Source: Candidatus Electronema halotolerans (GTDB lineage Bacteria; Desulfobacterota; Desulfobulbia; Desulfobulbales; Desulfobulbaceae). From it: DNA of 32,000 nucleotides. Shown one piece after another: positions 1-8,288 of this stretch; the stretch's first letter is position 1, and each line of letters opens with the position of its first letter. The notes under the pieces were generated by a model. It had not been told where the DNA came from. It saw nothing but the letters and a program-made list of their open reading frames with translations, and made no database searches. The DNA lies in NCBI GenBank assembly GCA_942493095.1, contig OW818675.1, forward strand, positions 2,940,001 through 2,972,000. The letters are read 5' to 3'. Position numbers and translations under genes: made by a program.

Positions 1-1
1 C

Positions 2-76
2 CAAGAGATCAGCTGGGAGCAGTTCTGCGCCGTGTTCAGACAGCTTTTAGAACAGGAAGGAAGGCTGCGCTGCTGA
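2..76 (+). CDS. possible 3' end of a gene starting upstream of the window (partial)
   Basis: Frame is open from the window edge and reads ...QEISWEQFCAVFRQLLEQEGRLRC, then TGA at 74-76. Too short to identify. Confidence 0.2.
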   Translation, partial: QEISWEQFCAVFRQLLEQEGRLRC

Positions 77-146
77 TCAGTTTGCTTTTGTTTGAAAAAA
101 ATGATGCGTGACACGTGAAGACCGCCAGGATTTTTTTGTTTTTTCC

Positions 147-175
147 TTGATATTTTTTGCATTTTGTTTTATGTT
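147..175 (+). promoter_or_regulatory. candidate sigma70-type promoter for the 232..2877 cluster
   Basis: TTGATA (147-152), a 17-nt T-rich spacer, then TATGTT (170-175), about 55 nt upstream of the ATG at 232 in an AT-rich intergenic stretch. Confidence 0.35.
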
Positions 176-231
176 AAAAGTAGGTGGAGGTGTGGAAACT
201 GGCAGTTGTTCTCAGTCAAAAGGAGATCAAG

Positions 232-678
232 ATGTGGAAAAAAATGAGTGTCGCAATAGTGTTGGGGCTGTCCCTCAGCCCTTCGGCAGTCATGGCCACG
301 ACTGAGCCGTTCAGTCCTTTTGCAGGTATTGTGGAAGGAATTGCTCAGAGCATGGCCGCTGGCAGCTATGCAAGCGAGTCAAATTATGACGGTGACACCA
401 CCGGCAATGGTGCCCGCATGGCAGGCAACGTGATCATCGGCAGTGAAATGGACAGCCAGCAGCAGGTTGCGGTTGTTGAAGGCACAGTCAGTCTGACGAT
501 GAACGGCAGCAGTGACACTGCTCAGGCGCTGAACTATAACAAGCATAATGGCGGCACAGAGCTGCCAGTGCTGATCATGCAGGGCGCAACCATCAGCGGG
601 GGTGTTGAGATGGCTTCGTCCAACAGCCAAGGATCTGAGCAGGGCATCAATGTGGTGATCGGCGACAGCGGTCTGTAA
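232..678 (+). CDS. small secreted Gly/Ser/Asn/Gln-rich repeat protein, paralogue A (curlin/holdfast-anchor-like candidate)
   Basis: ATG at 232 is preceded by AAAGGAG; the GTG at 184 in the ORF track looks like an artefactual extension. Sec-type signal MWKKMSVAIVLGLSLSPSAVMA. The mature part has no Cys. It shares the blocks VSLtmnGssdtAQALNy and SSNSqGseQGINVV with ORF 799..1245. Confidence 0.75.
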   Translation: MWKKMSVAIVLGLSLSPSAVMATTEPFSPFAGIVEGIAQSMAAGSYASESNYDGDTTGNGARMAGNVIIGSEMDSQQQVAVVEGTVSLTMNGSSDTAQALNYNKHNGGTELPVLIMQGATISGGVEMASSNSQGSEQGINVVIGDSGL

Positions 679-798
679 ATGCTTATGGCATGCAGGCTGG
701 ATATTGCCGTTTCTGTCAGCACTGCGGCTGAAGACCTGAGTGCGGGTTGAGCAGGGAGGAGACTTGCGCCATATTCCGACTGTCAAAGGAGTCCGAGC

Positions 799-1245
799 AT
801 GGAGGGAAAAATTTGTTTAATCATCATCTCTTTGGCAGGATTGGCCTTTGAGCTGCTGAGTCCTCTCAGAGCTGTGGCAGCGGACATGTCAGTGTTTGAT
901 CAGTTTGCTGATGCGTTTGGCAGCGGTCTGTTTCAAGGCGTGATGATCAACAGCGAGTTGAGCTTGGAATCCAATTACAGCAGCGGTAATTTGCAGGGAA
1001 TAAACATTATCGCAGGCAATTACAATGTGAATGCTGTCCAGGTTGTGGCGGTGACAAGTGATGTTTCCCTCAGTCTCTCAGGGGGAGAAAATGCTGTGCA
1101 GGCCCTCAACATCTATCAGGGCAGCGCGGACGGAATAACTCAGATCGCTGTTATTGACGGTTCGGTGAGCATGACTTCATCCAACAGCAGTGGTGGAATT
1201 CAGGGCATCAATGTCATCACAGAGTCCTGCGATTCCTGCAATTGA
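799..1245 (+). CDS. small secreted repeat protein, paralogue B (curlin/holdfast-anchor-like candidate)
   Basis: AAAGGAG lies 8 nt upstream of the ATG. The N-terminus is hydrophobic, ending ..LRAVAA. The motif S-x-S-N-x-S-G-x-x-QGIN-x-I occurs twice (SLESNYSSGNLQGINII and SMTSSNSSGGIQGINVI) and flanks VSLSLSGGENAVQALNIYQG. The C-terminus is ESCDSCN. Confidence 0.75.
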   Translation: MEGKICLIIISLAGLAFELLSPLRAVAADMSVFDQFADAFGSGLFQGVMINSELSLESNYSSGNLQGINIIAGNYNVNAVQVVAVTSDVSLSLSGGENAVQALNIYQGSADGITQIAVIDGSVSMTSSNSSGGIQGINVITESCDSCN

Positions 1246-1250
1246 TGATT

Positions 1251-1589
1251 ATGAAAAAACTGCTTTTTATTCTTGCAGTGGCTGTCTGCTCCTTCCCGCT
1301 TCAGCAGAGCCACGCGGATGACATCAGAATTGCCTCGATTCCAGATGTGAATGTGACTCCAAGTTTGGAGTCTGTTCTCAGGCAGAAAGACAGCATCCTC
1401 CAAGAAACACAGGAAACAACTGGACAGGAAGCGCAGATCAGCACGAACGGATATGTGCTGGATAACGGCAACATTGTGGTTGACAATCTTGCGGAGCCGA
1501 AATGCGTCTTTTATGGCAATTACAATGATGGCTCCGGCGATGCGTTTCAATATATTGACATTGACACCTTAGTGCTTAACTGCCAGTAA
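1251..1589 (+). CDS. small secreted protein of unknown function (possible accessory factor of the locus)
   Basis: Signal peptide MKKLLFILAVAVCSFPLQQSHA followed by DD. Start is ATG 1251 (alternatives at 1245 and 1242), overlapping or abutting the stop of the upstream gene at 1243-1245. Two Cys in the mature part. No family recognised. Confidence 0.65.
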   Translation: MKKLLFILAVAVCSFPLQQSHADDIRIASIPDVNVTPSLESVLRQKDSILQETQETTGQEAQISTNGYVLDNGNIVVDNLAEPKCVFYGNYNDGSGDAFQYIDIDTLVLNCQ

Positions 1590-1695
1590 GTTCCTCCAAG
1601 CGGGAGCCGCAGTCTCATCTCTTTTTCTTCTTTCCTCCCACTCCCACAGCTCCGATGAGAACAATTTCCGTTTTCGTTTAAGGCAGGAGTCAACT

Positions 1696-2877
1696 GTGTT
1701 TTGCCGGGCCAGCAGTCTGAAGATCACGACACCTTGCATCAAGGCGGCTTGGCTGACAGGCGCGGTTCTCCTCATGTTCGCCTTGGCTGGCTGTATCAAT
1801 ACCAGTGTCACGGCCCTATCCAACATCACTGCCGAAACCCCCCAGCCTGCTCTGACCAATCTCACTGAAACCTTGAAGTGCATGGGCGGGAAGATCAACC
1901 AGTCGGACATGAAAGGCATTCTCCTGCTGGTGGATGATTTTTATGACGGCACTGTTCCGGTGCTCTCGGAAAGCAGAGCGGCATTGCTCCGTCAGCCCAG
2001 AGAAAACGGTCCCCTGGCCGACGGCGGCAAGTATGATTTTGAGGCAGTCATCCGCAGGAGCATTTCCAACAAAAAAATCATCATTCCCTATTCCCTGCCA
2101 ACCGGCCTGCTCCAAGAGGACAAATTCGGCGGCCTGCCTGCCGATTATCTGCATGATCTTGCCAAATACTACAAAGCCGCCGCTGTCATCCGCGTCAAAG
2201 GCGTGTTCACTCAGAATGACACCTCAGACAACCTGAACAGCGGTTTTGGCAGCGGAGCTGAGGTCAAAGGCAATGATGGCAAAGGGAAAGTGGAATATGG
2301 CCTGTCCAAAGCGTCACGAAGTCTGTCGCTGACTGTTTATCTGGGCGATGCCTTGAGCAACACCCTCGGCGCGGCCACCACCCTGACCTTGAACACCTAC
2401 ACCAATGCGGATAAATTTTCCATCGGCTTTGGCTACGGCGACAGCAGCATGAGTTTCGCCAAGCAGAACAAGTTGCGGGAAGGCCTGCATGGCGCGCAGC
2501 GGACACTGGTGGAGGCGGCAGTGCTCTGGGCGCTCCGGGGCATTTACGGCCATCTTGATTTTTCCTCCTGCTTGGCATCGGACGGCCCCTCTCCCAACGC
2601 GACTGTGACTGCGTATCAAAAATGGCTGAAGCTGGATGAGCAGGACCGGATCAAATATCTGAAACTCATGCTTCAAGAGCTGGATTATTATCATGGCGAC
2701 ATTGACAAGAATTACGATGCTGATCTCCAGCAGGCAATCAGCGCCTATGAAGCGAAACATGACATGCTGATCCCCCACACAGCCGGCAATCTTAGCGATC
2801 TGTTCATCACCCTCTATTTGGAGGTCGATTTCGACAAAATCGACCAGCTGGCCGAACAGAAGACTGGTCTCTTCTGA
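1696..2877 (+). CDS. outer-membrane lipoprotein, CsgG/HfaB-like core with a C-terminal PG_binding_1-like domain
   Basis: GTG start with GGCAGGAG 7 nt upstream. Lipobox LMFALAG|C. The order of blocks resembles E. coli CsgG: KGILLLVDDFYDGT vs GKIFVSVYNIQDETG; IRVKGVFTQNDTS..GFGSGAEV vs IMVEGSIIGYESNVKSGGVGA; SLSLTVYLGDALSNTLGAATT vs IAVNLRVVNVSTGEILSS; EAAVLWALRGIYG vs SAIETGVIFLIND. The C-terminal LQELDYYHGDIDKNYDADLQQAISAYEAKHDM fits the peptidoglycan-binding repeat L-x-x-L-G-Y-y-x-G-x-iDG-x-fG-x-x-t-x-x-Ai-x-x-fQ. Confidence 0.6.
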   Translation: MFCRASSLKITTPCIKAAWLTGAVLLMFALAGCINTSVTALSNITAETPQPALTNLTETLKCMGGKINQSDMKGILLLVDDFYDGTVPVLSESRAALLRQPRENGPLADGGKYDFEAVIRRSISNKKIIIPYSLPTGLLQEDKFGGLPADYLHDLAKYYKAAAVIRVKGVFTQNDTSDNLNSGFGSGAEVKGNDGKGKVEYGLSKASRSLSLTVYLGDALSNTLGAATTLTLNTYTNADKFSIGFGYGDSSMSFAKQNKLREGLHGAQRTLVEAAVLWALRGIYGHLDFSSCLASDGPSPNATVTAYQKWLKLDEQDRIKYLKLMLQELDYYHGDIDKNYDADLQQAISAYEAKHDMLIPHTAGNLSDLFITLYLEVDFDKIDQLAEQKTGLF

Positions 2878-2991
2878 AACCTTTCCCGTTGACTGTTCCC
2901 CTCTGTTTTCCTACAATAGGATTGATTTTCTTCTCCGCAGGTCTTTCAACCCGGAGTTGTTCCATTTTCATTCATGCAGGAGTGTTCTCAG

Positions 2992-4164
2992 ATGGCAATT
3001 TTCAGCTGCCCGGCAGCGGCTCTGTTCAACGAGCTGGAAACCGAACAAGATGTTGTGATCCTTGATGTCCGCAATGAAAAAGATTTTGCGCGATTCCACA
3101 TTGAAAGCTCCAAGCCGTTCAAACTCTGCAACGTCTCCTATTACAGGTTCATGGAGACTGAAGAGGAGGCGGTCGCTGCCGTGCCACGCGGCCCCGGTAT
3201 CCGCATCACCTGCGCCAAGGAAGGGTCAGCAAAATATGTGGCTGAAATTCTTGACAAGCATGGTTTTGCCAATGTGGCCTATCTTGCAGGCGGCATCAAG
3301 AGCTGGGGCAACATGCTGGTGCCGAAATTGGTTGCCGCCGGACAAGGCTACGAGCTGCACCAGTTCATCCGTCCCGGCAAGGCATCCTGCTCTTATGGTC
3401 TGATTTGCGGCAGGGAAATGATGCTCTTTGATCCCTCCCGCAATGTCGATTTCTACCTTGCCTTTGCCAAAGAAAAGGGAGCGGAAATCACCAAAATATT
3501 TGAAACCCATCTGCAAGCGGATTATATTTCCGGCTCCAGCCAGCTTCTTGAACAGTGCGGGGCTGCGCTCCATGCCAATGCCGAAGATTTCGGCGGCGCG
3601 CAGCTGCCTTTCATTCCGCTTACTGATGGTGAATTCCACAGTTTCGCCAACGGCGGCCCGCAGGTGCAGGTAATCTTCACCCCCGGTCACACGCCCGGCT
3701 CCACCTCCTACATTATTGACGGCAAATACATGCTCTCCGGTGACACGGTCTTTCTCGCCTCAGTGGGCCGACCCGATCTCGGCGGACAGGCAGAGGCGTG
3801 GGCGGTGCGGCTGTATGCCACCATCAGCAGGATTTTGCGTGAATTTGACCGCAGCCTCCAGGTTCTGCCCGGTCATTACATGAACTGGCAGGAGGCTGAT
3901 GCGCGGGCTGTCTTTACGGCAACCTTGGCCGAGGTGATCGAGCGCAACAAGCATATTTACAGCATTGGGACTGAAGCCGATTTCATCCATTTCATCAAGG
4001 AGAACATCCGCCAGCAGCCGGAAGAATACGCCCGCATCCGCCTGATCAATGCAGGCCGGGAGCAGGTGAGTCTCGAAGAAGCGGATCTGCTTGATCTTGG
4101 TAAGAATGAATGCGCCGCCACTGCCCATGCGCAGGCAAAAACGGCCCAGCCAGCCGCCAATTGA
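2992..4164 (+). CDS. rhodanese domain / metallo-beta-lactamase-fold fusion protein (persulfide-dioxygenase-like)
   Basis: ATG 2992 has CAGGAG upstream; the ATG at 2974 is an alternative. The N-terminal rhodanese-like domain has the loop ITCAKEGSA and GGIKSW. The MBL fold shows THLQADYISG (a variant of HxHxDH), TPGHTPGS, SGDTVF and LPGHY. Confidence 0.85.
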   Translation: MAIFSCPAAALFNELETEQDVVILDVRNEKDFARFHIESSKPFKLCNVSYYRFMETEEEAVAAVPRGPGIRITCAKEGSAKYVAEILDKHGFANVAYLAGGIKSWGNMLVPKLVAAGQGYELHQFIRPGKASCSYGLICGREMMLFDPSRNVDFYLAFAKEKGAEITKIFETHLQADYISGSSQLLEQCGAALHANAEDFGGAQLPFIPLTDGEFHSFANGGPQVQVIFTPGHTPGSTSYIIDGKYMLSGDTVFLASVGRPDLGGQAEAWAVRLYATISRILREFDRSLQVLPGHYMNWQEADARAVFTATLAEVIERNKHIYSIGTEADFIHFIKENIRQQPEEYARIRLINAGREQVSLEEADLLDLGKNECAATAHAQAKTAQPAAN

Positions 4165-4181
4165 GCCACAGGACAACCATC

Positions 4182-4967
4182 ATGAAAACAATGCGTTCCC
4201 TGCTGCTTCCAGCCCTGCTGACTGTTCTCCTGCTGCCTGTCTTGGCTGTAGCGCAGGACGAGCTGCCCGCCAGTCCCAAGGCGGAGATATTGATGGCAAA
4301 TGCCCGGCCCAGAGTGGAGCGGCAGCTGGCTGCCAAAGGCATGCAGCTTGGCAGCCCCATCTTTCTCCGGGTCTTCAAACAATCCAAGCAGATTGAAGTC
4401 TGGCTGCGGCAGGGAGACAGGTTCGAGCTGTTTAAAACATATCCGATCTGCACCTATTCCGGCGGCCTTGGCCCAAAACTGCGTGAAGGTGATCTGCAAA
4501 GCCCGGAAGGTTTTTACACCGTGTCCTGGGGCCAGCTCAACCCATCCAGCAGGTTTCATCTCTCCTTTGATATCGGTTATCCCAATGCCGTGGATCGGGC
4601 CAACAAACGCACTGGCAGCCTGATCATGGTGCATGGCCGCTGCATTTCTCAAGGCTGCCTGGCGATGGGGAATCTACAGATTGAAGAAATTTACCTGCTC
4701 GCCTATCAGGCCTTTCTGCATGGACAACAGGCCTTCAACGTTCATATTTTCCCGTTCCGCATGACCAAGGAGAATCTGGCCGAGCACAAAGACTCCCGCT
4801 GGACTGCATTCTGGGAAAATCTCAAGGAAGGCTACGATGCCTTTGAACAGTCTCGCAAAGTGCCCTTCATTGTTGCGGATAATGGCCACTATGCTGTGCG
4901 GTCAGCGGCAATCCGCAACAGTGTGGTGATGATCAACCCGCAGATCGAGGTGAAGGCAAAATACTGA
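4182..4967 (+). CDS. L,D-transpeptidase family protein (YafK-like)
   Basis: Signal peptide MKTMRSLLLPALLTVLLLPVLAVAQ. Contains GDLQSPEGFYTV, NPSSRFHLSFDIGYPNAVDR, and MVHGRCISQGCLAM with the catalytic Cys in the YkuD-type HG..xSxGC motif. Confidence 0.9.
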   Translation: MKTMRSLLLPALLTVLLLPVLAVAQDELPASPKAEILMANARPRVERQLAAKGMQLGSPIFLRVFKQSKQIEVWLRQGDRFELFKTYPICTYSGGLGPKLREGDLQSPEGFYTVSWGQLNPSSRFHLSFDIGYPNAVDRANKRTGSLIMVHGRCISQGCLAMGNLQIEEIYLLAYQAFLHGQQAFNVHIFPFRMTKENLAEHKDSRWTAFWENLKEGYDAFEQSRKVPFIVADNGHYAVRSAAIRNSVVMINPQIEVKAKY

Positions 4968-4984
4968 ATCGTGAGAGAAAGCAA

Positions 4985-5698
4985 ATGGATATGGAAAAAC
5001 TGCTCGGCAAGCTGCTTCAGGAGACCATCGGTTCCGGCGGCGGCCAGTTCAGCACGGCTAACAAGAAAAGGAAGAAGCAGCAGTCAGTTACAGACTCGTT
5101 GCTCGGCGGCCTGACGGGTCAGCTCACCTCCGGCAAAGGCCTGATGACCGCCATTGGTCTTGGTGTGGGAGCCTATGAGATTTTTCGCAGCGGCAGGCAG
5201 CAGACTCAGCCGCAGCCTGCAGCTCAGAACTGGAATTCAGCATCGCCGCCCGCTGCTGGAATGCTGTCCAGCACGCCTCCCCCCCCGCCGCCTTCTGCTG
5301 CCGCCTTCAGGCAAACACCTGCGCCTGCCGCGCCTGCACCAGCCACATTTGATGAGCAGGAGCTGGCCCGCCGCCTGATCCAAGTCATGGTTGCCGCTGC
5401 TCATGCTGACGGCATCTTGGATGCGGAGGAAGAAAAGGCCATTCTTGACCGCCTGCGGAGCACTGAGCTTGCTCAGGAAGAAAAGATGTTTCTTCTGGAG
5501 GAGCTGCATCATCCCCGGCCAATTGCTGATCTGACGCAAGGCATCAGCGGCGATCTTCGTTTGGCGCAGACCATGTATGCGGTGGCCTTGTCCGCAATTG
5601 TGGTGGACACGGACAGCGAGCGGCAGTGGCTGGATGAGCTGGGCGCGGCCTTGGGCCTCAGCCCGGAAATCTGCCGCTTCATCGAAGAGACCTGCTGA
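4985..5698 (+). CDS. DUF533 / TerB-like membrane-associated protein (YebE-like)
   Basis: Gly-rich N-terminus with one hydrophobic segment (LMTAIGLGVGAY), a Pro/Ala-rich linker, and a C-terminal TerB-like block AAAHADGILDAEEEKAIL...YAVALSAIVVDTDSERQWLDELGAAL. Confidence 0.75.
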   Translation: MDMEKLLGKLLQETIGSGGGQFSTANKKRKKQQSVTDSLLGGLTGQLTSGKGLMTAIGLGVGAYEIFRSGRQQTQPQPAAQNWNSASPPAAGMLSSTPPPPPPSAAAFRQTPAPAAPAPATFDEQELARRLIQVMVAAAHADGILDAEEEKAILDRLRSTELAQEEKMFLLEELHHPRPIADLTQGISGDLRLAQTMYAVALSAIVVDTDSERQWLDELGAALGLSPEICRFIEETC

Positions 5699-5832
5699 AT
5701 CCGCCGCCCAAGGCATTGTCTTGGGCGTTTGAATTGTTCCAGAGGCTGCGGCCTGCATTTCTGTTCAACACGTGGACGCTGCTATATAATGCGGTACGCA
5801 TGATTTCCCGCCGAGGCGGAACACAAGACAAG

Positions 5833-6684
5833 ATGTCGGATAAAGACGAGGAAAACCGGGAGAAATCCTTCTGGCAGCAGCTGAAGGACTTGGCCAAGTT
5901 CCGGGGAGCACCTGACAGCACCCAGAAGCTGGAGCATGAAATACAGGAACTGCTGGAGGACGGCGAGGAGCATGGCCTGATCAGCCGCCATGAGGAGCAG
6001 CTCATCAACTCGATTTTTAATTTTCGAGCCACCAGGGCTGTGGAAATCATGACCCCGGCGGCAGCAATCATTGCCGCTGATGTCAGCAGCTCCGTGCCTG
6101 AGCTGGCCCGGCTGGTCTGCGAGGAGGGCTGCACCAGAGTGCCGGTCTGCAAGGGCAGTTTGGACAACATCGTCGGCATCATCCATGCCAAAGACCTGCT
6201 CTGCCTGCTCAGTCAGGAGCAGAAGAAGACTATGGTTTTGGAGGAGTATCTCAATCCGCCGGTGTTTGTGGCCGAAAATAAGCCGATCACTGAGCTGCTC
6301 CGTGATTTTCAGTCTGGCAAAAATCATCTGGCCATTGTCACGGATGAGTTTGGCAGCGTCCGGGGCCTGATCACCCTTGAGGATGTGCTGGAGGAGATTG
6401 TCGGCGAAATTGATGACGAGCATGATCAGGAGGAGCGGGAGCTGATGCTGGCTGTAGATCAGCAGACTGTGGTGGTTGATGCCCGGATTGACATTGAGGC
6501 GGTGGAGGAGCATTTTGCCTGCCAGCTGCCCGAAGGCCCCTATGAATCCGTGGGCGGCCTGCTGATCCACTCTCTGGGCCGGATGCCCAAGCAGGGCGAA
6601 ACTGTGACCGCTCCGCCCCTGACCTTGAAAGTGCTGACCGCCACCCCGCGCCGGGTCCGCACCGTGAGAATCCGCAAACCATGA
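5833..6684 (+). CDS. corC: HlyC/CorC family transporter-associated protein (CBS pair + CorC_HlyC domain)
   Basis: Start MSDKDEENREKSFW at ATG 5833. CBS-domain sequence (EIMTPAAAI...VCKGSLDNIVGIIHAKDLL...LAIVTDEFGSVRGLITLEDVLEEIVGEI) followed by a C-terminal transporter-associated domain. Immediately upstream of lnt, as in ybeX-lnt operons. Confidence 0.9.
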   Translation: MSDKDEENREKSFWQQLKDLAKFRGAPDSTQKLEHEIQELLEDGEEHGLISRHEEQLINSIFNFRATRAVEIMTPAAAIIAADVSSSVPELARLVCEEGCTRVPVCKGSLDNIVGIIHAKDLLCLLSQEQKKTMVLEEYLNPPVFVAENKPITELLRDFQSGKNHLAIVTDEFGSVRGLITLEDVLEEIVGEIDDEHDQEERELMLAVDQQTVVVDARIDIEAVEEHFACQLPEGPYESVGGLLIHSLGRMPKQGETVTAPPLTLKVLTATPRRVRTVRIRKP

Positions 6685-8288
6685 AAAACAGAAAACAGCT
6701 TTCCCTGCTGGCCGCCTCGGTCGCCGCCCTGCTGCTGACGTTGGCCATGCCCGGCGCAACAGGCTGGTGGCCGCTGCTTTTTGTCGCCATTGCGCCCCTG
6801 CTTTGGACCGCGCAGACACTGCGGCCCATTGAAAGCGGCTGCATGGGTTTATGCTGCGGCATGATGTATCATGCAGGGCTGCTCTACTGGATCGTCATTG
6901 TTCTCAATAAATATGGCAATCTGCATGCCGTTTTCGCGGTCGGGGCACTGCTGCTGCTGGTTCTTTACATGTCCGCCTACACCGCCTTTTTCTGCCTCTG
7001 CCTGTCGCTCTTAGTGTTCCGCAGAAACGGCGAAAAAGGCTCCTCCACGGTCATTCTTCTGACTGCGCCTGTGCTCTGGGTCGGCTTTGACATGCTGCGC
7101 GGCCTGCTTTTCACCGGCATGCCCTGGATGGACTTGGGCTACGGCCTCTACAATCAGCCTGTGCTGATTCAGGCGGCTGACTTGGGCGGTCATCATCTGA
7201 TCACCTACATCGTTGTCCAGAGCAACGCCTTGATCTTCTGGCTGGCTGACCGAATTTTCAGCAGCGCTCCAGCCTCGGGCAGACGGCATTATCTCTGCGC
7301 AAGCATGATTGTGATGCTGCTCTACTGCACAGGCGGCTATTCCATGATGCGCTACTGGCAGGTCTTTTCCGAAGCCCAGGCAGAGGAGCAGGCAGTCGTC
7401 GCAGTGGCCCAAGGCAATATTGAGCAAAACGAGAAGTGGTCGCCTGCCAAGAAGGATGACACCATTGCCCGCTATCTTTCTTTGTCCATGCAGGCGGTGC
7501 GGGAAGGCGGAACAACAGCAGATTTGCTGATCTGGCCGGAAACCGCCCTGCCGTTCTTTCCTGTCAGAGAGCCGCTGATGAACCTGGTCAAGGATTTTGC
7601 CGAACAGCAGCATCTGCATCTGCTGACCGGGGCTCCGTTTTTCACGGTTGATCCTGACAAAAAATTCCAGCCTGTGGAATACTTCAACAGCGCGCTGATG
7701 ATCAACCCGGAGGGCAGGCTGGTCGGCAGGTACAACAAGCAGCATTTAGTGCCCTTTGGCGAATATGTGCCCCTGCGCGACTGGCTCTGGTTCATCAAGC
7801 CCTTGGTCGAGCTGGTGGGCGATTTCACGCCCGGCGACTCGCCAGCCCCGCTGGAGACTGACAAGATCAAGGCCGGGGTGCTGATCTGTTTTGAGTCCAT
7901 CTTCCCCCATATTGCCCAGCGGGCAACCGCAGCCGGAGCCAACCTCTTGGTCAGCCTGACCAATGATGCCTGGTATGGCCATTCCAGCGCGCCCTACCAG
8001 TCGTGGGCCATGACCGTGTTCCGGGCCGTGGAGAACCGCCGCAGCCTTGTCCGGGCGGCCAACACCGGCATCAGCGGCTTTGTCGGGCCAACCGGCCTGA
8101 TCAGTTCCGAGTCGCCAATCTTTGTCCAAGCCGCTTGGCAGGAGACCGTGCCGCTGATGACCAGCCAGACTGTTTTCACCCAGTTCGGTCATTGGTTCGG
8201 GCATGTCTGCCTGGCCCTGATTCCGTTCCTCCTGCTCTGGGGCTGGACAGAACGGCGGCGGCAGCAGGGAGAAAAGAAGCGAAAATGA
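6681..8288 (+). CDS. lnt: apolipoprotein N-acyltransferase
   Basis: Multi-TM N-terminus followed by a CN-hydrolase domain carrying the E-K-C triad context (LLIWPETA, YNKQHLVPFGEY, VLICFES). 4-nt overlap with corC. Confidence 0.95.
   Translation: MKNRKQLSLLAASVAALLLTLAMPGATGWWPLLFVAIAPLLWTAQTLRPIESGCMGLCCGMMYHAGLLYWIVIVLNKYGNLHAVFAVGALLLLVLYMSAYTAFFCLCLSLLVFRRNGEKGSSTVILLTAPVLWVGFDMLRGLLFTGMPWMDLGYGLYNQPVLIQAADLGGHHLITYIVVQSNALIFWLADRIFSSAPASGRRHYLCASMIVMLLYCTGGYSMMRYWQVFSEAQAEEQAVVAVAQGNIEQNEKWSPAKKDDTIARYLSLSMQAVREGGTTADLLIWPETALPFFPVREPLMNLVKDFAEQQHLHLLTGAPFFTVDPDKKFQPVEYFNSALMINPEGRLVGRYNKQHLVPFGEYVPLRDWLWFIKPLVELVGDFTPGDSPAPLETDKIKAGVLICFESIFPHIAQRATAAGANLLVSLTNDAWYGHSSAPYQSWAMTVFRAVENRRSLVRAANTGISGFVGPTGLISSESPIFVQAAWQETVPLMTSQTVFTQFGHWFGHVCLALIPFLLLWGWTERRRQQGEKKRK

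Noticed and set aside
5782-6819. Long antisense ORFs opposite well-supported genes. Examples: 5782..6819(-) opposite corC/lnt, 3957..4652(-), 10360..11142(+) opposite trpD, 15839..16810(+) opposite the metallophosphoesterase, 21221..22117(-) opposite the cytochrome, 28881..29612(+) opposite yidC.
   Set aside because: Their products are Arg/Ala/Gly/Pro-rich and low-complexity with no recognisable motifs. They lie entirely within genes that have strong family signatures on the other strand. These are typical shadow ORFs of GC-rich coding DNA.
8003-8284. N-terminal extension of the AP2-like ORF back to 8003, and the TTG start at 8626 for RF2.
   Set aside because: The 8003-8284 stretch lies inside lnt in another frame and translates to Arg/Pro-rich sequence. 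The RF2 TTG start is superseded by the ATG at 8562 plus the +1 frameshift model.
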